A stretch of 64,000 nucleotides of DNA from the NCBI RefSeq assembly GCF_009914755.1, contig NC_060925.1, one strand, 5' to 3'. The notes beneath the pieces are model-generated. The model had not been told where the DNA came from. It worked only from the letters and a program-made list of their open reading frames with translations, and made no database searches. Each line of letters starts with the position of its first letter. Within the stretch, counting starts at the first letter, position 1. The translations under genes and the position numbers were made by a program. This stretch comes from the human T2T-CHM13v2.0 reference genome, Homo sapiens. This document shows, piece by piece, positions 58,401-64,000 of this stretch.

Positions 58401-61400
58401 CGAATAGAATCGAATGGAACAATCATCGAATGGACTCAAATGGAATTATCCTCCAATGGAATGGAATGGAATTATCGAATGCAATCGAATGGAATTATCG
58501 AATGCAATCGAATAGAATCATCGAATGGACTCGAATGGAATCATCGAATGGAATGGAATGGAACAGTCAATGAACTCGAATGGAATCATCATTGAATGGA
58601 ATCGAATGGAATCATCGAGTGGAATCGAATGGAATTATGATCAAATGGAATCGAATGTAATCATCATCAAATGGAATCAAAAATAACCATCATCAATTGG
58701 TATTGAATGGAATTGTCATCAAATGGAATTCAAAGGAATCATCATCAAATGGAACCGAATGGAATCCTCATTGAATGGAAATGAAAGGGGTCATCATCTA
58801 ATGGAATCGCATGGAATCATCATCAAATGGAATCGAATGGAATCATCATCAAATGGAATCTAATGGAATCATTGAACAGAATTGAATGGAATCGTCATCG
58901 AATGAATTGAATGCAATCATCGAATGGTCTCGAATGGATTCATCTTCTAATGGAAAGGAATGGAATCATCGCATAGAATCGAATGGAATTATCATCGAAT
59001 GGAATCGAATGGTATCAACACCAAACGGAAAAAAACGGAATTATCGAATGGAATCGAAGAGAATCTTCGAACGGACCCGAATGGAATCATCTAATGGAAT
59101 GGAATGGAATAATCCATGGACTCGAATGCAATCATCATCGAATGGAATCGAATGGAATCATCGAATGGACTCGAATGGAATAATCATTGAACGGAATCGA
59201 TTGGAATCATCATCGGATGGAAACGAATGGAATCATCATCGAATGGAAATGAAAGGAGTCATCATCTAATGGAATTGCATGGAATCATCATAAAATGGAA
59301 TCGAATGGAATCAACATCAAATGGAATCAAATGGAATCATTGAACGGAATTGAATGGAATCGTCATCGAATGAATTGACTGCAATCATCCAATGGTCTCG
59401 AATGGAATCATCTTCAAATGGAATGGAATGGAATCATCGCATAGAATCGAATGGAATTATCATCGAATGGAATCGAATGGAATCAACATCCAACGGAAAA
59501 AAACGGAATTATCGAATGGAATCGAAGAGAATCATCGAATGCACCCGAATGGAATCATGTAATGGAATGGAATGGAATAATCCATGGACTCGAATGCAAT
59601 CATCATCGAATGGAATCGAATGGAATCATCGAATGGACTCGAATGGAATAATCATTGAACGGAATCGAATGGAATCATCATCGGATGGAAATGAATGGAA
59701 TCATCATCGAATGGAATCGAATAGAATTATGGAATGAAATCCAGTGTGATCATCATCGAATGGACCCGAATGGAATCATCATCCAACGGAAGCTAATGGA
59801 ATCAACATCGAATGAATCAAATGGAAACACCATCGAATTGAAACGAATGGAATTATCATGAAATTGAAATGGATGGACTCATCATCGAATGGATTCGAAT
59901 GGAATCATCGAATAAAATTGATTGAAATCATCATCGAATGGAATCGAATGGTATCATTGAATGGAATCGAATGGAATCATCATCAGATGGAAATGAATGG
60001 AATCGTCATAGAATGGAATCGAATGGATTCATTGAATGGAATCATATGGAATCATCGAATGGACTGGAATGGAATCATTGAATGGACTCGAAAGGGATCA
60101 TGATTGAATGGAATTGAATGGAATCATCGAATGGTCTCGATTGGAATCATTATCAAATGGAATCGAATGGAATCACCGAATAGAATCGAATGGAACAATC
60201 ATCGAATGGACTCAAATGGAATTATCCTCAAATGGAATCGAATGGAATTATCGAATGCAATCGAATGGAATTATCGAATGCAATCGAATAGAATCATCGA
60301 ATGGACTCGAATGGAATCATCGAATGGAATGGAATGGAACAGTCAATGAACTCGAATGGAATCATCATTGAATGGAATCGAATGGAATCATCGAGTGGAA
60401 TCGAATGGAATTATGATCAAATGGAATCGAATGTAATCATCATCAAATGGAATCAAAAATAACCATCATCAATTGGTATTGAATGGAATTGTCATCAAAT
60501 GGAATTCAAAGGAATCATCATCAAATGGAACCGAATGGAATCCTCATTGAATGGAAATGAAAGGGGTCATCATCTAATGGAATCGCATGGAATCATCATA
60601 AAATGGAATCGAATGGAATCAACATCAAATGGAATCAAATGGAATCATTGAACGGAATTGAATGGAATCGTCATCGAATGAATTGGATGCAATCATCGAA
60701 TGGTCTCGAATGGAATCTTCTTCAAATGGAATGGAATGGAATCATCGCATAGAATCGAATGGAATTATCATCGAATGGAATCGAATGGAATCAACATCAA
60801 ACGGAAAAAAACGGAATTATCGAATGGAACCGAAGAGAATCATCGAATGGACCCGAATGGAATCATCTAATAGAATGGAATGGAATAATCCATGGACTCG
60901 AATGCAATCATCATCGAATGGAATCGAATGGAATCATCGAATGGACTCGAATGGAATAATCATTGAACGGAATCGATTGGAATCATCATCGGATGGAAAC
61001 GAATGGAATCATCATCGAATGGAAATGAAAGGAGTCATCATCTAATGGAATTGCATGGAATCATCATAAAATGGAATCGAATGGAATCAACATCAAATGG
61101 AATCAAATGGAATCAATGAACGGAATTGAATGGAATCGTCATCGAATGAATTGACTGCAATCATCCAATGGTCTCGAATGGAATCATCTTCAAATGGAAT
61201 GGAATGGAATCATCGCATAGAAGCGAATGGAATTATCATCGAATGGAATCGAATGGAATCAACATCCAACGGAAAAAAACGGAATTATCGAATGGAATCG
61301 AAGAGAATCATCGAATGGACCCGAATGGAATCATCTAATGGAATGGAATGGAATAATCCATGGACTCGAATGCAATCATCATCGAATGGAATCGAATGGA

Positions 61401-64000
61401 ATCATCGAATGGACTCGAATGGAATAATCATTGAATGGAATCGAATGGAATCATCATCGGATGGAAATGAATGGAATCATCATCGAATGGAATCGAATAG
61501 AATTATGGAATGAAATCCAGTGTGATCATCATCGAATGGACCCGAATGGAATCATCATCCAACGGAAGCTAATGGAATCAACATCGAATGAATCAAATGG
61601 AAACACCATCGAATTGAAACGAATGGAATTATCATGAAATTGAAATGGATGGACTCATCATCGAATGGATTCGAAAGGAATCATCGAATAAAATTGATTG
61701 AAATCATCATCGAATGGAATCGAATGGTATCATTGAATGGAATCGAATGGAATCATCATCAGATGGAAATGAATGGAATCGTCATAGAATGGAATCGAAT
61801 GGATTCATTGAATGGAATCAGATGGAATCATCGAATGGACTGGAATGGAATCATTGAATGGACTCGAAAGGGATCATGATTGAATGGAATTGAATGGAAT
61901 CATCGAATGGTCTCGATTGGAATCATTATCAAATGGAATCGAATGGAATCACCGAATAGAATCGAATGGAACAATCATCGAATGGACTCAAATGGAATTA
62001 TCCTCCAATGGAATGGAATGGAATTATCGAATGCAATCGAATAGAATTATCGAATGCAATCGAATAAAATCATCGAATGGACTCGAATGGAATCATCGAA
62101 TGGAATGGAATGGAACAGTCAATGAACTCGAATGGAATCATCATTGAATGGAATCGAATGGAATCATCGAGTGGAATCGAATGGAATTATGATCAAATGG
62201 AATCGAATGTAATCATCATCAAATGGAATCAAAAATAACCATCATCAATTGGTATTGAATGGAATTGTCATCAAATGGAATTCAAAGGAATCAATATCAA
62301 ATGGAACCGAATGGAATCCTCATTGAATGGAAATGAAAGGGGTCATCATCTAATGGAATCGCATGGAATCATCATCAAATGGAATCGAATGGAATCATCA
62401 TCAAATGGAATCTAATGGAATCATTGAACAGAATTGAATGGAATCGTCATCGAATGAATTGAATGCAATCATCGAATGGTCTCGAATGGAATCATCTTCT
62501 AATGGAAAGGAATGGAATCATCGCATAGAATCGAATGGAATTATCATCGAATGGAATCGAATGGTATCAACACCAAACGGAAAAAAACGGAATTATCGAA
62601 TGGAATCGAAGAGAATCTTCGAACGGACCCGAATGGAATCATCTAATGGAATGGAATGGAATAATCCATGGACTCGAATGCAATCATCATCGAATGGAAT
62701 CGAATGGAATCATCGAATGGACTCGAATGGAATAATCATTGAACGGAATCGAATGGAATCATCATCGGATGGAAACGAATGGAATCATCATCGAATGGAA
62801 ATGAAAGGAGTCATCATCTAATGGAATTGCATGGAATCATCATAAAATGGAATCGAATGGAATCAACATCAAATGGAATCAAATGGAATCATTGAACGGA
62901 ATTGAATGGAATCGTCATCGAATGAATTGACTGCAATCACGCAATGGTCTCGAATGGAATCATCTTCAAATGGAATGGAATGGAATCATCGCATAGAATC
63001 GAATGGAATTATCATCGAATGGAATCGAATGGAATCAACATCAAACGGAAAAAAACGGAATTATCGAATGGAATCGAAGAGAATCATCGAATGGACCCGA
63101 ATGGAATCATCTAATGGAATGGAATGGAATAATCCATGGACTCGAATGCAATCATCATCGAATGGAATCGAATGGAATCATCGAATGCACTCGAATGGAA
63201 TAATCATTGAACGGAATCGAGTGGAATCATCATCGGATGGAAATGAATGGAATCATCATCGAATGGAATCGAATAGAATTATGGAATGAAATCCAGTGTG
63301 ATCATCATCGAATGGACCCGAATGGAATCATCATCCAACGGAAGCTAATGGAATCAACATCGAATGAATCAAATGGAAACACCATCGAATTGAAACGAAT
63401 GGAATTATCATGAAATTGAAATGGATGGACTCATCATCGAATGGATTCGAATGGAATCATCGAATAAAATTGATTGAAATCATCATCGAATGGAATCGAA
63501 TGGTATCATTGAATGGAATCGAATGGAATCATCATCAGATGGAAATGAATGGAATCGTCATAGAATGGAATCGAATGGATTCATTGAATGGAATCAGATG
63601 GAATCATCGAATGGACTGGAATGGAATCATTGAATGGACTCGAAAGGGATCATGATTGAATGGAATTGAATGGAATCATCGAATGGTCTCGATTGGAATC
63701 ATTATCAAATGGAATCGAATGGAATCACCGAATAGAATCGAATGGAACAATCATCGAATGGACTCAAATGGAATTATCCTCCAATGGAATGGAATGGAAT
63801 TATCGAATGCAATCGAATGGAATTATCGAATGCAATCGAATAGAATCATCGAATGGACTCGAATGGAATCATCGAATGGAATGGAATGGAACAGTCAATG
63901 AACTCGAATGGAATCATCATTGAATGGAATCGAATGGAATCATCGAGTGGAATCGAATGGAATTATGATCAAATGGAATCGAATGTAATCATCATCAAAT

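Larger units (their letters stand above)
42800..62720. repeat. Direct duplication of about 8.8 kb at 11,124-bp offset (about 42.8-51.6 kb versus 53.9-62.7 kb; ends approximate)
   Basis: Private variants recur exactly 11,124 bp apart (ORF anchors 42938/54062, 44210/55334, 48230/59354, 49538/60662, 50006/61130, 50510/61634), as does the 2244-bp unit. Confidence 0.88.
1..64000. repeat. Human Satellite II (HSat2/HSATII) pericentromeric tandem array, GAATG strand on +
   Basis: Seen: continuous GAATG/GGAATCATCATCGAATGGAATCGAATG-type 23/26-bp subunits, dense TCGA, no unique sequence. Established: this degenerate CATTC repeat with frequent CATTCGATTC/ATCATC is HSat2 rather than the purer (CATTC)n of HSat3. 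Confidence 0.97.
41412..64000. repeat. Homogeneous 1,776-bp repeat domain (1.77-kb EcoRI unit, D1Z1/pUC1.77-like, probably 1q12 HSat2A)
   Basis: Anchor positions 41412, 43188, 45432, 47208, 48984, 50760, 52536, 54312, 56556, 58332, 60108, 61884, 63660 give ten periods of 1776 and two of 2244. One GAATTC (in ATGGAATTCAAA) per unit. The 1q12 assignment is inferred from the known 1.77-kb EcoRI repeat. Confidence 0.9.

Noticed and set aside
11-63923. Roughly two hundred + strand ORFs of 60-163 aa (MESSSNELNAIIEW..., MKLKWMDS..., MELNGIIEW...)
   Set aside because: They are low-complexity translations of GGAAT repeats (W/N/G/M/E/I/S/R), overlap in several frames and are broken at random by point changes. 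The strand bias follows from ATG in every GAATG and from + strand TCA giving TGA stops on the minus strand. There is no recognisable domain or gene structure; they were used only as position anchors.
1-64000. CRISPR-like repeat/spacer array or repeat-protein system
   Set aside because: The 23-26 bp periodicity has no unique spacers, the intervening sequence is the same satellite, and there are no cas-like ORFs.
1-64000. HSat3 (e.g. DYZ1 3.6 kb or chr9) or alpha satellite
   Set aside because: Perfect GGAAT runs are limited to about 3 copies and ATCATC/TCGA interruptions dominate. There is no 171-bp monomer or CENP-B box. The 3,552-bp spacing is simply 2x1776.
1-64000. Inversion or embedded transposon (Alu/L1/ERV)
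   Set aside because: Reading throughout, no switch to the CATTC strand and no non-satellite tract, poly-A tail or target-site duplication was seen.

Overview
The whole 64 kb window is one uninterrupted, single-orientation array of classical human-type Satellite II (HSat2/HSATII). It consists of degenerate (GGAAT)n/(ATTCC)n pentamers with ATCATC and TCGA interruptions, arranged in 23/26-bp subunits, with the purine-rich GAATG strand on +. The dominant period is exactly 1,776 bp with one conserved EcoRI site per unit. This matches the known 1.77-kb EcoRI repeat of the 1q12 block (pUC1.77/D1Z1, HSat2A class); the chromosome assignment is inference from that match. I found no genes, RNA genes, transposon insertions, inversions or CRISPR arrays, and all listed ORFs are artefacts of the repeat. 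I used the recurring ORF starts as position anchors (36 anchors, 35 periods; two anchors inferred from a neighbouring anchor). Periods: 15x1776, 5x1923, 4x1308/1307, 2x1285, 2x2244, 2x2218, and single 2039, 2686, 2391, 1184 and 2209. These resolve into a core plus 1-4 copies of a 468-bp module, modified by indels that are sums of 23 and 26 bp. A heterogeneous left domain (to about 41 kb) gives way to a homogenised right domain. There are multi-kb duplications at offsets of 6,783, 3,676 and 11,124 bp. I do not see a new coding or defence system; what is of interest is satellite architecture, its recombination history and a possible transcription-factor site array.
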